DNA of 37,601 nucleotides from a virus (IMGVR_UViG_3300025018_000062:1-37601), one strand, 5' to 3'. Positions 9,936 through 19,146 are shown, counted from the first letter of the stretch. Notes: generated by a model from the letters alone, not told the origin. Translations and numbers: made by a program.

Positions 9936-10259
9936 CTAGTTATCAAAAGTTTTACATTTCAGCTCCCAATGATGTTCCGAGCTATCTTTCTGAGCTTTAA
10001 TGACTTCATAATTTACAGATCCAACAACAATACGATCATTATCAAGTATCGCATATTCATTTTCTGCAAAAATCGTATATGGAGCGAGAACATAATCAGC
10101 TCCCAGATTTTGCTTTTCTGAATACGATTTCGGTTGAACACGAACTGGCATCGAAGCATAAACTACAGCCCATGACTTCACTTTCTCACCTAAACTGTTT
10201 TGCGTTAGCGTATGCCTTTGCACCACAGCTGTTTGTTTGAGTAATGCTGAAAAACCCAT
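9936..10259 (-). CDS. Head closure protein (SPP1 gp16-like)
   Basis: 107 aa; QNSLGEKVKSW, DRIV, YEVI, HHWEL pattern. Confidence 0.8.
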   Translation of the reverse strand: MGFSALLKQTAVVQRHTLTQNSLGEKVKSWAVVYASMPVRVQPKSYSEKQNLGADYVLAPYTIFAENEYAILDNDRIVVGSVNYEVIKAQKDSSEHHWELKCKTFDN

Positions 10260-10264
10260 AAAAA

Positions 10265-11059
10265 TTATTGTTTACGCTGAAATCGCTTCCGAGAATTGAG
10301 GAATGATTCTGGTCTATCTACACGATTAGAACCAACGGTCATTTGACCTGTATTTTTTGTGAACCCTCGTAACAATGCAACTGATCTATTTCCAAGCATA
10401 TTGCGAGCCATCATCACAGCATCAGAAGCAGTTGATTTACTTGTTTTCTTGTATGAATAATCACCGAGCTTCTCAGATTCAATCGTTTCTTCACCGAGAT
10501 CAGCTTCACTTGGATCACCCATCAAGAACAAGTTTTCCACACCATACAAGCAAGCCTGAGTGATCTGAGAGGGAATTGGTGGATATCCTGTAGAGTTTGA
10601 TTCACTATATTCAACATCATCAGCCATTCGAGGGAATATGTGAATTTGACCTTTTTGGTTCGTGCTCCCAGCAACGACATAATATCGTTCCCATCCAACA
10701 CAAAGAGCATCAATATATTTCTCTGTTTCTCTGATCAACTTTTCAACAACATCATCGGTTGCTGAAACAAGAGCTGATACACGGCTGAGAGCTTTGATTT
10801 GCCTCACAGTAGCGTATCGAGTGGCGTTTAATACATTTGGCTCATTTCGAGTGTAATAGCTCACTAGGATCGAATCTGTGGCTTCTGGAGCGAAATCGAA
10901 AACAAGAGTGTCATCATCTGATCCTCCTGATTTTTCTTTGAATTCGTAAAAAAGTTTTCCGTTGTAGGTAATTAAAATAGAACCAGCCTTGAAATTGTTT
11001 GCAAGAGCAAATTCTGTTAAAGCCCCATCTCCTGTAATTGTTTCATTTTGTATATACAT
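10265..11059 (-). CDS. Head-tail connector/adaptor with an N-terminal beta-rich extension
   Basis: YATV, IFPR, IPSQITQAC, SEKLGDYSY adaptor motifs; position. Confidence 0.75.
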   Translation of the reverse strand: MYIQNETITGDGALTEFALANNFKAGSILITYNGKLFYEFKEKSGGSDDDTLVFDFAPEATDSILVSYYTRNEPNVLNATRYATVRQIKALSRVSALVSATDDVVEKLIRETEKYIDALCVGWERYYVVAGSTNQKGQIHIFPRMADDVEYSESNSTGYPPIPSQITQACLYGVENLFLMGDPSEADLGEETIESEKLGDYSYKKTSKSTASDAVMMARNMLGNRSVALLRGFTKNTGQMTVGSNRVDRPESFLNSRKRFQRKQ

Positions 11060-11068
11060 AGTGATTAT

Positions 11069-11077
11069 ATTTTACCA
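11069..11077 (-). promoter_or_regulatory. Extended -10 promoter candidate (TGGTAAAAT)
   Basis: TGn-TAAAAT about 10 nt upstream of the adaptor ATG. Confidence 0.4.
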
Positions 11078-11164
11078 CGATTGAGAGCGTCATGCCTATA
11101 AAAGCAAACAAGGATCAGATCTCAATGATCGATCCTCGTCTATATGTTGCTTTGAGATCCTTTT

Positions 11165-11479
11165 TTAGTGCGTAACAAGTAGTCCATAGCTAGTTGATGC
11201 ACCCTCACCAAGAACCTTGACCGTAGATGTTTGAACATCGAATCGCATCGCTTGACCAGCTTCAAGTCGAAAGTAGTCTGTACCACCATCAAACGAGAAA
11301 TCCAAGTATTGGGATGCATGTTTATTACAAACATATACAGCTGTTGATGTAATGATTTCACTTGAATCATCTACCAGCGAAACATCTGCTGGAGATACAC
11401 CAGCATCACCAACAAAATGGAGAGGAGCTCCACCTGCTGAAGCAACACGCTTTGGCTTGTTTTTTTCAGCGTCATTCAT
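11165..11479 (-). CDS. Small virion-associated beta-rich protein
   Basis: 104 aa in the head module; no family recognised. Confidence 0.6.
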   Translation of the reverse strand: MNDAEKNKPKRVASAGGAPLHFVGDAGVSPADVSLVDDSSEIITSTAVYVCNKHASQYLDFSFDGGTDYFRLEAGQAMRFDVQTSTVKVLGEGASTSYGLLVTH

Positions 11480-11484
11480 AGTGT

Positions 11485-11901
11485 TTATACATCAGATCGA
11501 CTTTTTCCAGCCGATTCTTTTTTAGCATCTTCTTTAGCCTTTTTTTCAGCTTCTTTCTTGGCTTTCTTTTCGGCTTTCTTGGCTTCTTTTTCAGCATCAG
11601 CATCAGCATCAACATCTTCTTCATCAGATTTATCTTCATCAGAACCATTTTTAGGCTCATCATCAGATTTATCTTCTGATTTGTCATTGTTACGCTTTTT
11701 CCCAGCTTTTTGCTCTGCTTCAGTACCCTCTTCATCACCAGTATATTCTTCAATATCTTTTGGATATTTCTCTGATAACTCAGCAAGCTCTCCAGCAAGA
11801 GTTGGTTTCTTCTTTTCATCAACTGTAACCACGCCTTTTTGAAGAACAACCCCAGATCTTGGGGCACTCAAAGCAGTACAGTTTACTTTATATTTGATCA
11901 T
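11485..11901 (-). CDS. Low-complexity charged protein downstream of the capsid gene
   Basis: Start moved to MIKYK (11901), downstream of the terminator; D/E-rich then KEAKKAEKK repeats. Confidence 0.65.
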   Translation of the reverse strand: MIKYKVNCTALSAPRSGVVLQKGVVTVDEKKKPTLAGELAELSEKYPKDIEEYTGDEEGTEAEQKAGKKRNNDKSEDKSDDEPKNGSDEDKSDEEDVDADADAEKEAKKAEKKAKKEAEKKAKEDAKKESAGKSRSDV

Positions 11902-11926
11902 AATATCAATAAATTTAACAAGCAAA

Positions 11927-11945
11927 GGGGGGCACAAAGCCCCCC
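11927..11945 (-). terminator. Intrinsic terminator after the major capsid gene
   Basis: GGGGGGC-acaaa-GCCCCCC followed by TTTGCTTGTT on the minus strand. Confidence 0.7.
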
Positions 11946-11958
11946 AATACTAAATTGA

Positions 11959-13110
11959 TTATGTGTTGTAGAGACGAGCAAAATCAGTTTCTGTATCTTT
12001 GAATTTCAAAGTGAATTGACCTTGCAATGTTTCTTTGATTGTACGACTGTTCGCTGGTTCTTCAGCAAATCGCATCGCATCATCTGGAAACCACATCTTC
12101 CCCATCTTGTTTGTGTTCAAGATGTACATTTCACCGAATGCATCTCGAAGAAGAGGATCTGATACAACCGCCAATCGTCCAACTCCTTCACCCTCGTAGA
12201 AATCTACAAGGTTTCCAGCAACCTTTTCTTCTCGAGCATATCGAGTGTTGGTTGTGTTGAATCCGTTGATCACATTCTTTTGTTCAGGAGAACAAAGGAT
12301 CAAGTTTGGCGTACCACCACGTTTTGCGATTTCGAGCAATGTTGTTTTTAACAATGGCTCTGTAAATGTACCAGAACAGTTTGTGTTGATAGCGTCTGAG
12401 TTCCCAGAAAGGAATTCACGGATACCAGCACATGTTCGAGGAGCAGAAGCTGAACCAGCATCAGCAACTCCAAACAAAGCTGTCATGTTCATTTTTCGCA
12501 AAGCACGAGAAAGGGCACGAACACGCATCTCATTGAGCTTGCTTTGCACGTCCTCGTATGACTGATTTTTACCAGTCTTTGTTACTTCAACAACTTCTTC
12601 AATCAATTGGAAGTAGTTTTGTCGAAGTACGTTATCTTCAATGATTGAAGATCCGTCAACAGTACCCTCTACATTCGCATTACCGATAATGTAAATAGGG
12701 TCTGAAGCTGAGTGAGTTGCTGGAGATGTAGAACCATGCCCACGAGCAAGCACACTAATTGTGGCAGAACCACCAGTACGAACCACAGCTGATACAATCA
12801 GTTGTTCTGTTCCCACTTCGATGATATCACCAATGTTTACCACAGAGGCAAGAGCATCATCGATTGGCAATCCTGTTAGATCTGAGTTGTTCCACCCAGT
12901 TGCACGAACAGCCCCCTCTAATGAGTTAGGTTGAGCGTCGTACCATTTGACTTTCGTACTCATTTCACCCTCAGATTTCGCTTCAATTTCAGGAATTAAA
13001 TCCCAAGTTGTAGTGATTCGAGGTTCAACAAGCATCGCCAAGTCAATCACTTTTTCGTCAAGAAAACTTGAATCGTATGTTGCAAATTTTCCTACAGTTG
13101 TAGTTGGCAT
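11959..13110 (-). CDS. Major capsid protein (SU10/DUF5309-like)
   Basis: 383 aa after the scaffold; KVKWYD, NYFQLIEEVVEVTKT, RTCAGIREF, GQFTLKF motifs. Confidence 0.88.
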   Translation of the reverse strand: MPTTTVGKFATYDSSFLDEKVIDLAMLVEPRITTTWDLIPEIEAKSEGEMSTKVKWYDAQPNSLEGAVRATGWNNSDLTGLPIDDALASVVNIGDIIEVGTEQLIVSAVVRTGGSATISVLARGHGSTSPATHSASDPIYIIGNANVEGTVDGSSIIEDNVLRQNYFQLIEEVVEVTKTGKNQSYEDVQSKLNEMRVRALSRALRKMNMTALFGVADAGSASAPRTCAGIREFLSGNSDAINTNCSGTFTEPLLKTTLLEIAKRGGTPNLILCSPEQKNVINGFNTTNTRYAREEKVAGNLVDFYEGEGVGRLAVVSDPLLRDAFGEMYILNTNKMGKMWFPDDAMRFAEEPANSRTIKETLQGQFTLKFKDTETDFARLYNT

Positions 13111-13135
13111 AACTTTTGACTATTAACAAAGTAAA

Positions 13136-13843
13136 TTATTTGTCAGCAAGAAGTTTATCTCGCTTGATAGTCAAAGATGATACTTCTGATTGTTCCATTG
13201 GCGAGAGGTATCCATCCTCAGTACGCTTCTTTCTGAGTTCCGCAATACGGTTTTTAATCGTATCGAGTTCATCATTTTCAGGAGCGTTTTCGTTCTTCGG
13301 TTGTTTGCCACCGCCTGATGGTTTACCTGCTTTTCCGACCAGTAATTCTTTATTTGCATTGATATACGCAAGTTTTTGGCTAGGCGTATATGAAGCTGGA
13401 ATCAAAGATCGTTTTTCTTCAGGTACTTCTTCCATTACACTTTCGAGATGACTCTCAATAGTTGCATTGGCTTCATCGACGAGTTCGGCTTTCTTCTGAA
13501 GATCGGCGATTTCTTCATTCTTTTTAGAAATGATTTCATCGTATTTCCCATCCTCTTGAAGTTTAGCGTCTTCAGCTTCTTTCTCTTTACGTTTGTACTC
13601 AGCAAGCTCTTCTTCGGCTTTTTTAGCACGAGCAGTTTGCTCATTCAAACGAGAAAGTGGAACTTTTTCATCGTCTTTACCATCATCAGATTTCTTCCCA
13701 TCATCGGACTTTTTACCGTCCTCTGATTTCTTTCCATCCTCAGTCTTTTTTTCAGCACCATCTTTGTCTGGTTGTTTTTCCTGTTTTCCATCAGGAGAAT
13801 CTTTTTTGGGGTCTGATTCGTGACCATCACCATTTTTTGGCAT
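13136..13843 (-). CDS. Capsid scaffolding protein
   Basis: 235 aa, charged coiled coil; VPLSRLNE motif; KKSDDG tandem repeats; precedes the capsid gene. Confidence 0.82.
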   Translation of the reverse strand: MPKNGDGHESDPKKDSPDGKQEKQPDKDGAEKKTEDGKKSEDGKKSDDGKKSDDGKDDEKVPLSRLNEQTARAKKAEEELAEYKRKEKEAEDAKLQEDGKYDEIISKKNEEIADLQKKAELVDEANATIESHLESVMEEVPEEKRSLIPASYTPSQKLAYINANKELLVGKAGKPSGGGKQPKNENAPENDELDTIKNRIAELRKKRTEDGYLSPMEQSEVSSLTIKRDKLLADK

Positions 13844-13921
13844 ATCCCATTTTTTACGAGTAAATGTAACTCCCTATTTTTTTACAAGGTTTGTTCCTTG
13901 TCATTAGGTTTACACATTATT

Positions 13922-13930
13922 ATTATAACA
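13922..13930 (-). promoter_or_regulatory. Extended -10 promoter (TGTTATAAT) for the scaffold-capsid-tail transcript
   Basis: Perfect TGn-TATAAT in the intergenic gap; +1 expected near 13915. Confidence 0.7.
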
Positions 13931-13949
13931 TGTTTTTTTTGCAACACAA

Positions 13950-15101
13950 CTATATTTCGGTCAAGTCTGGTCTCAAGAACAATTTGTGACGGCAATTTGG
14001 ATGAATTGGCATCGATGGTGGAACAGGAAACTTCTTTCCAGTTGTATCAAAAAATCTCTGAGATTCAGCATTTGCACATGCACTATCCTCAGCACCATGA
14101 ACAGACATCTCATAGATCGTATGACCAAGCTCTGAACCACGAGCAAGTGTAGCCTCATTTGCTGTACGAATTACATGTGTTCTCGTCAACATCTCTGAAT
14201 ATGATTTCAAGCTGATTCTTCGACCATTCTTTGTTAAAAATGAATTTAATCCTTGATTTTGAAACTCAGCAAGCAGATCCTTTTGAATATTTCTAATACT
14301 TTTACCGTCCAGAATCCCCTCAGCTAATTTCAATCGAATCTGTTCTGATGCCGTCTTTGAAAGCAATTGCCCAGCTGTTTTTCGTACCCCCTCAAGCCCT
14401 GAACCGAAATCTGCTGAAGCATCAGATAATAATGAATTTACAATGGTCACATGGGTTTCTGAAACATCCTTTCGAGCAAGTAATTCACCAGCAAGATCCT
14501 TGACCGCCTTTGAATCAGTAGATAATCGCTTTGAGATGATCTCATCAGCCGATTCTCGCAATTCTTTGAATGAAACACTATTTGGATCGATCTTCTTCAC
14601 CAATTCGTCACCAGCACCAGCTTGCCATGCATTCAATTTACGCTTCAGATCGTCTATACGGTTCTCTGAGAAAGTATCTGATAGTTTTGCCGTTAGATTG
14701 TCTCCATCGCCCTTGAATAGCATCTCACGAGGAAATTCGGAATACTGAGCATTGAGCTCTGTAGATGAAAGGATCTCATGCTGAATATCTCGCATCAATG
14801 CTTCACGAGTTTCATCTGAAATGATATCAGTTCCCTTTGCCACCGCTTTGTTTGCATCAACGAATCCTTTCTTGTAGCTCTTGGGGATAACTATCAGAAG
14901 CTCATCATTTATCCGATTATTTGCATCATCCAAAATAAAGCCAATTTGTCTCATGGCTTGATTTTTTCTTCTTGGATTGAGTTTTTCAGAAAGAGTGACC
15001 GATAAAACAGCCGTGACTTTTTTATCAGTATCTTCGATCACAGTATTGATCCTCGCAACGGCTTCATCGGCGAGTATGTTTACTATTTCATCTCTTGGCA
15101 T
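13950..15101 (-). CDS. Minor head / head morphogenesis protein (gp7/MuF-like)
   Basis: YSEMLTRT, SVHGA..C and C-terminal HPNCRH motifs. Confidence 0.88.
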   Translation of the reverse strand: MPRDEIVNILADEAVARINTVIEDTDKKVTAVLSVTLSEKLNPRRKNQAMRQIGFILDDANNRINDELLIVIPKSYKKGFVDANKAVAKGTDIISDETREALMRDIQHEILSSTELNAQYSEFPREMLFKGDGDNLTAKLSDTFSENRIDDLKRKLNAWQAGAGDELVKKIDPNSVSFKELRESADEIISKRLSTDSKAVKDLAGELLARKDVSETHVTIVNSLLSDASADFGSGLEGVRKTAGQLLSKTASEQIRLKLAEGILDGKSIRNIQKDLLAEFQNQGLNSFLTKNGRRISLKSYSEMLTRTHVIRTANEATLARGSELGHTIYEMSVHGAEDSACANAESQRFFDTTGKKFPVPPSMPIHPNCRHKLFLRPDLTEI

Positions 15102-15105
15102 ATTT

Positions 15106-15309
15106 TTAGATCAGTCGAATGGCAAGTCGTATAGCAAAAACACAAGAGAAAATGAAAACAGCTACAGCCACATCGAATATAAAAAACAGAGGAATCCACC
15201 TTTTTAGAGTGGTTTTTGTGACCTCTGGAGCTTTTTGTTTCAGGGCACTAAAAGATCCTTTTGGTTTAGATACCTGCTTGAATGTGTTTTGAGTTTCTCT
15301 TTTCAACAT
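15106..15309 (-). CDS. Small membrane protein
   Basis: 67 aa; basic N-terminus and long hydrophobic C-terminus; fills the portal to minor-head gap exactly. Confidence 0.55.
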   Translation of the reverse strand: MLKRETQNTFKQVSKPKGSFSALKQKAPEVTKTTLKRWIPLFFIFDVAVAVFIFSCVFAIRLAIRLI

Positions 15310-15312
15310 AAA

Positions 15313-16722
15313 CTATAGAACCTCATCCAAATTATTCACTCTAGGAACATTTGAGAATTGAGGAAGTGTTAATGCACTATCTTTCTCGATATCGTCTAAT
15401 TCTGTTTCAAGATCCTCATCGTGGATGTTTTGTAATTCTTTTACAGCTTTCTTTCGAGATTTAATTCCACCAGCAACCTGAGAGACAAGGTTTGTTGTAA
15501 CCAAGTTCGGATCAGTAGGGAGCACTTTATCCCAAACGATCTTGATTTTACTGATCTTTTCTTTATCAATACCCTTGATCAACAGGGCAATCTTCATCAA
15601 TTGTTTCAACTCCTTTTCCATGTAGATCCGCTTTCGATTCACCTTTCGAACAGTATTGAATAGACGAGTACGCATTGTTTCAACTTTTTCAACACCACCC
15701 TTTGTTTCAAGCCCAAGAGCTTCAGGGGGCATCTTTGTGATAGCTGAAACCATCATCAAAAGTTTGTCGAGTTGTTTGAATCCATTCTCGATTTGTGGGT
15801 TTTCATTTGTAATGTATTTAGGCTCTGATTCACCCTCACCAACCTCAAAGAGATCGGCTTCATGTGCTCTCAATTCACCTTTATCATCAAGCGTTCCACG
15901 AGGCACAGCCATTCGAGCGTTCATGTGTTTAATCAACTGAACTGAAATTTGAGTGGCACGATCATTGATTTCTTGTAGAAGCCCCTCGATATCTTTGTAA
16001 TCTGATTTACCATATACCTGTGATGGTTTTGAAATATTATTACATTGAACAACTGGCAATAGATCCAGATTGAGTGATACAGGATCAGAGCTCAAAGATT
16101 GATCATAGAGCTTGATAGAAACCTGTTTCAGCACTTCATTTTGTTCTTTGTTCAACTCCCAAAGCTCATGTTTTACGGTAGCATCACCGTTTTTGAGCTC
16201 ATAGATTTGTTTATATAAATACGGCTTTTCTTTGCCATTTGGGTTTTGTAACGAGAGATATGAGACAAGCGTCACCTCATTTCGTTTTGGAGAGATCGAA
16301 CCTGTAAATTTAGGGAAATACTGATCGACTGGAACTTGCTCAATCAAAACAGTTTCATCATCATCTTCAATCGCTCTTCCTGTCGTGAAACCGAAAACCG
16401 ACTGTGAAATAGCCATTTCATAGACTGTGACGTTCAAGTTGTTTTCATCAACAATCTCTTCAATTGCCTCTTGAGTTTCTTCATCTTCAACCTGATATTT
16501 AACCCCCTCACCAACAACAAGATCAGCAAAATACTCTGAAATCAATGCTGGTAGATTCAAAGCGATATAGAGCTTCTTTTCTTGTGATGAACCATCGACA
16601 AAATAGTCTTTGATTCCAAAAATTTTATAGTGCTCTCCATCGTAAAGATCTTCCCATCTTTTCAACTGAATCAATCTCAGTCTTTCTTTGGGCTCTGGAA
16701 ATTGTTTTTTAGTGTCTGGCAT
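15313..16722 (-). CDS. Portal protein (SPP1/A118-type)
   Basis: 469 aa after TerL; LYDGEH, LNLPALIS, YGKSDY, PKYIT motifs. Confidence 0.9.
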   Translation of the reverse strand: MPDTKKQFPEPKERLRLIQLKRWEDLYDGEHYKIFGIKDYFVDGSSQEKKLYIALNLPALISEYFADLVVGEGVKYQVEDEETQEAIEEIVDENNLNVTVYEMAISQSVFGFTTGRAIEDDDETVLIEQVPVDQYFPKFTGSISPKRNEVTLVSYLSLQNPNGKEKPYLYKQIYELKNGDATVKHELWELNKEQNEVLKQVSIKLYDQSLSSDPVSLNLDLLPVVQCNNISKPSQVYGKSDYKDIEGLLQEINDRATQISVQLIKHMNARMAVPRGTLDDKGELRAHEADLFEVGEGESEPKYITNENPQIENGFKQLDKLLMMVSAITKMPPEALGLETKGGVEKVETMRTRLFNTVRKVNRKRIYMEKELKQLMKIALLIKGIDKEKISKIKIVWDKVLPTDPNLVTTNLVSQVAGGIKSRKKAVKELQNIHDEDLETELDDIEKDSALTLPQFSNVPRVNNLDEVL

Positions 16723-16746
16723 AGATAATAGATTTGAATGTTTTTA

Positions 16747-18243
16747 TTATAGCACGCCTTTGTTTTTGAATACACGAGTTTTCTTTGTAGAGATCAACTC
16801 TTGAATCGAATCAATCACAGTATCAACAAGATCGTCATGATTTGCAATACCGAAATCAATAATCTGATCGATGATCTTTTGCTGGTTTCTTCTGAAGTGT
16901 ACACGCTCTTGTTCAAAAATGTGAGAGATCGATACAAGCCGAGAGCGTTTATCTGCTTTCCGCTTCATCGAGTAAACAATCATTTGATAATCATCTCGTA
17001 AATCCTGAACGAGCCACTCTTGAGCCTGTACAGATTCCACAATACACCCCTCTGGTTGATAGTATTGGTACATTCGATAGATCCGCTCCTTGAGTTGCTG
17101 AAATGAGAGCTTTTCATTGAAAAAATCCAAACAAAACAATTTATTCGTTTTCTTTTCGAGAGCCCATACTGAACATGCTGAGAAATCGGCTTTATCTTTC
17201 AAAGAGATCGCTGGATCTACAGCCATTACTACCCTATAGCGATGGCGATCAAGGAAATTGATATCTTCATCATACCATTTCAAATGATCAGGGAATATGA
17301 TCTGATCCTCATCAGAGAGAGGTCTGAGAAGATATTCTTGGTTGAAAATGTGAGAACCTTTATCACGTCGAACCTCGTCAATCGATATCACCTGCATATC
17401 CAAAGGCAATGTTTTATTTAGCTCAATAGCTTCGGCTTCTGTATTCACGAACCGAGAACCCCATGCAATAACACCATCATCATTGACCAAAGACACTTTG
17501 TGCATCTTCCAAACATCGCTCTTTGCTTCTAATCGAGCCATCAAACAATCACGATGAAGCATATTTCCAGAGATCACAGCTTTTCCTCGAACCTGATTCA
17601 AGGCTGGTAATACCTCAGAATGCAACCAGAGATCTGCTTTATCTCGCATTTCCTTGGTTGTCACGGACTTCGAACCCTCAAGGTCATCTCCAATGAACAG
17701 ATCAGGTCTATGGCGATTGTGAGTATAACCACGAACCTTTTGCCCTACACCACGAGCCATACACCTCACATCATTTGCTGTGATGAAATCTTTTACAGAC
17801 TTCTTCTTGCTTGATGAATATCCACCTGTTTTTTCAAAATAAAGAACACCAAAATCATTGGTGATCAATTCATTATCCTGCAATTGTCTCACCAGATTCG
17901 CCATGATAGACGTTGAGGCGTTCTGGTCATCAGATCCAAAAAGAATGAAGTTTCGCTTGTTGTAGCAGATGCACCAGAGTGCATACGCCAAAGAAACAAA
18001 AAAGGTTTTGGCTGATTCACGAAACATCAAACAAGCGACACGCTTTTGTGCATCATCGTAGAGATCAGCTTCTAAATCAGTATGAAATGGGGCAAACGGA
18101 TATCGAACAAAATCTGATAGATAGATGATGATGAAATTCAATAAACTTTGCCGTCCTGCTTCAACACGATACTCCCTATTTGAAAGTATCACCTCCCAAG
18201 TCATCTCACCCTTTTTTATGTTTGGAGTTGTCTTTCTTTGCAT
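16747..18243 (-). CDS. terL: Terminase large subunit (start possibly 18204)
   Basis: Walker A-like FRESAKT, Walker B FIGDDLE, FNQEY, nuclease motifs AVDPA...DFSA...HDDLVD. Confidence 0.93.
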   Translation of the reverse strand: MQRKTTPNIKKGEMTWEVILSNREYRVEAGRQSLLNFIIIYLSDFVRYPFAPFHTDLEADLYDDAQKRVACLMFRESAKTFFVSLAYALWCICYNKRNFILFGSDDQNASTSIMANLVRQLQDNELITNDFGVLYFEKTGGYSSSKKKSVKDFITANDVRCMARGVGQKVRGYTHNRHRPDLFIGDDLEGSKSVTTKEMRDKADLWLHSEVLPALNQVRGKAVISGNMLHRDCLMARLEAKSDVWKMHKVSLVNDDGVIAWGSRFVNTEAEAIELNKTLPLDMQVISIDEVRRDKGSHIFNQEYLLRPLSDEDQIIFPDHLKWYDEDINFLDRHRYRVVMAVDPAISLKDKADFSACSVWALEKKTNKLFCLDFFNEKLSFQQLKERIYRMYQYYQPEGCIVESVQAQEWLVQDLRDDYQMIVYSMKRKADKRSRLVSISHIFEQERVHFRRNQQKIIDQIIDFGIANHDDLVDTVIDSIQELISTKKTRVFKNKGVL

Positions 18244-18592
18244 CGTAAATTGGGATTACTAATGTCATTACACGCTCAATTTCTCGACGCTCTTTAGCAG
18301 AAAGGGCATTTGGATCAGGTCGAACCGTTTTGTCGTTAAAACCAAGCGCCATGCTACTTTTATTTGCAAATAATTTATTCGTGAGATTCTTGATTGCAAC
18401 CATATTACCCTGCAAACACTTGTACGCAAAGATATGTTTCGCTCCATGCTTCTTTTGCTTGATGAGCTTCTGAAGATCTTTGTATTTAATCTTTCCCTCC
18501 CAAATATCCATCAAAAACTCAGCCTCATCATGTTCTTTGAGAGCCGACTTTCGTCCTTTGCCGTTTCCATTTTTATTTCCCTGTACAGACAT
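18206..18592 (-). CDS. Probable terminase small subunit
   Basis: Directly upstream of terL; GNKNGNGKGRK N-terminus; start moved to MSVQG downstream of the promoter. Confidence 0.65.
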   Translation of the reverse strand: MSVQGNKNGNGKGRKSALKEHDEAEFLMDIWEGKIKYKDLQKLIKQKKHGAKHIFAYKCLQGNMVAIKNLTNKLFANKSSMALGFNDKTVRPDPNALSAKERREIERVMTLVIPIYDAKKDNSKHKKG

Positions 18593-18637
18593 ATTATAAA
18601 TGCTAATTATCCAGTCGTGTTTTTCATCTTTATATTT

Positions 18638-18646
18638 ATTATAACA
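18638..18646 (-). promoter_or_regulatory. Extended -10 promoter (TGTTATAAT) for the packaging operon
   Basis: Perfect TGn-TATAAT immediately after the ParB-like stop codon. Confidence 0.65.
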
Positions 18647-18649
18647 CAA

Positions 18650-19141
18650 CTAATCCTCAATAGCTCTCAACTCTCCACTCTTGAGAATATACAACTCTAC
18701 TGAACAATTGGGGCATTCTCCTTTCTGTGGTTCAGCATCTTCTTCTTCCGAAAGAGGATCAGGCTCTTCGAGAAGTTTTTCGAGAGTAAATCCAGTCAAA
18801 TCGATGAGATCATCGTCTAATCCAGATAATTCATCGTGAACAAGATCCATATCCCACTCAGATTCGTTCAATTTGTTGTCTGCAAGCCTGTAGGCGATGA
18901 TTTCGCCGTCCGAGAGGTCATCTGCTACTACACAAGGCACTTGCTTCAATTTGAGGCGTTTACAGGCTTCTAAACGAGCATGACCAACAACAAGGTTCAT
19001 TTCTTTATCAACAACAAGAGGCTGGCGAATACCAAACCTCTTGATGCTCTCTTTTACTTTTGCAATCTGTGATTTCGTATGCTTCTTTGCATTCTTTGTG
19101 TACGGCTCGATTTCACCGACTTTAATCATTTGAATTTTCAT
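18650..19141 (-). CDS. ParB/Srx N-terminal domain protein with a C-terminal CPNC motif
   Basis: PYTKNAKKH, SIKRFG, VVGHARLEA, YRLADNKL motifs. Confidence 0.85.
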   Translation of the reverse strand: MKIQMIKVGEIEPYTKNAKKHTKSQIAKVKESIKRFGIRQPLVVDKEMNLVVGHARLEACKRLKLKQVPCVVADDLSDGEIIAYRLADNKLNESEWDMDLVHDELSGLDDDLIDLTGFTLEKLLEEPDPLSEEEDAEPQKGECPNCSVELYILKSGELRAIED

Positions 19142-19146
19142 ATTTT

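Noticed and set aside
13670-13750. 18-bp-period tandem repeats as a possible CRISPR array or iterons
   Set aside because: They are degenerate coding repeats (KKSDDG) in the scaffold protein, with no spacers.
18650-19141. Plasmid partition system
   Set aside because: The protein is the terminase-adjacent ParB/Srx type without an HTH, and no ParA is present.
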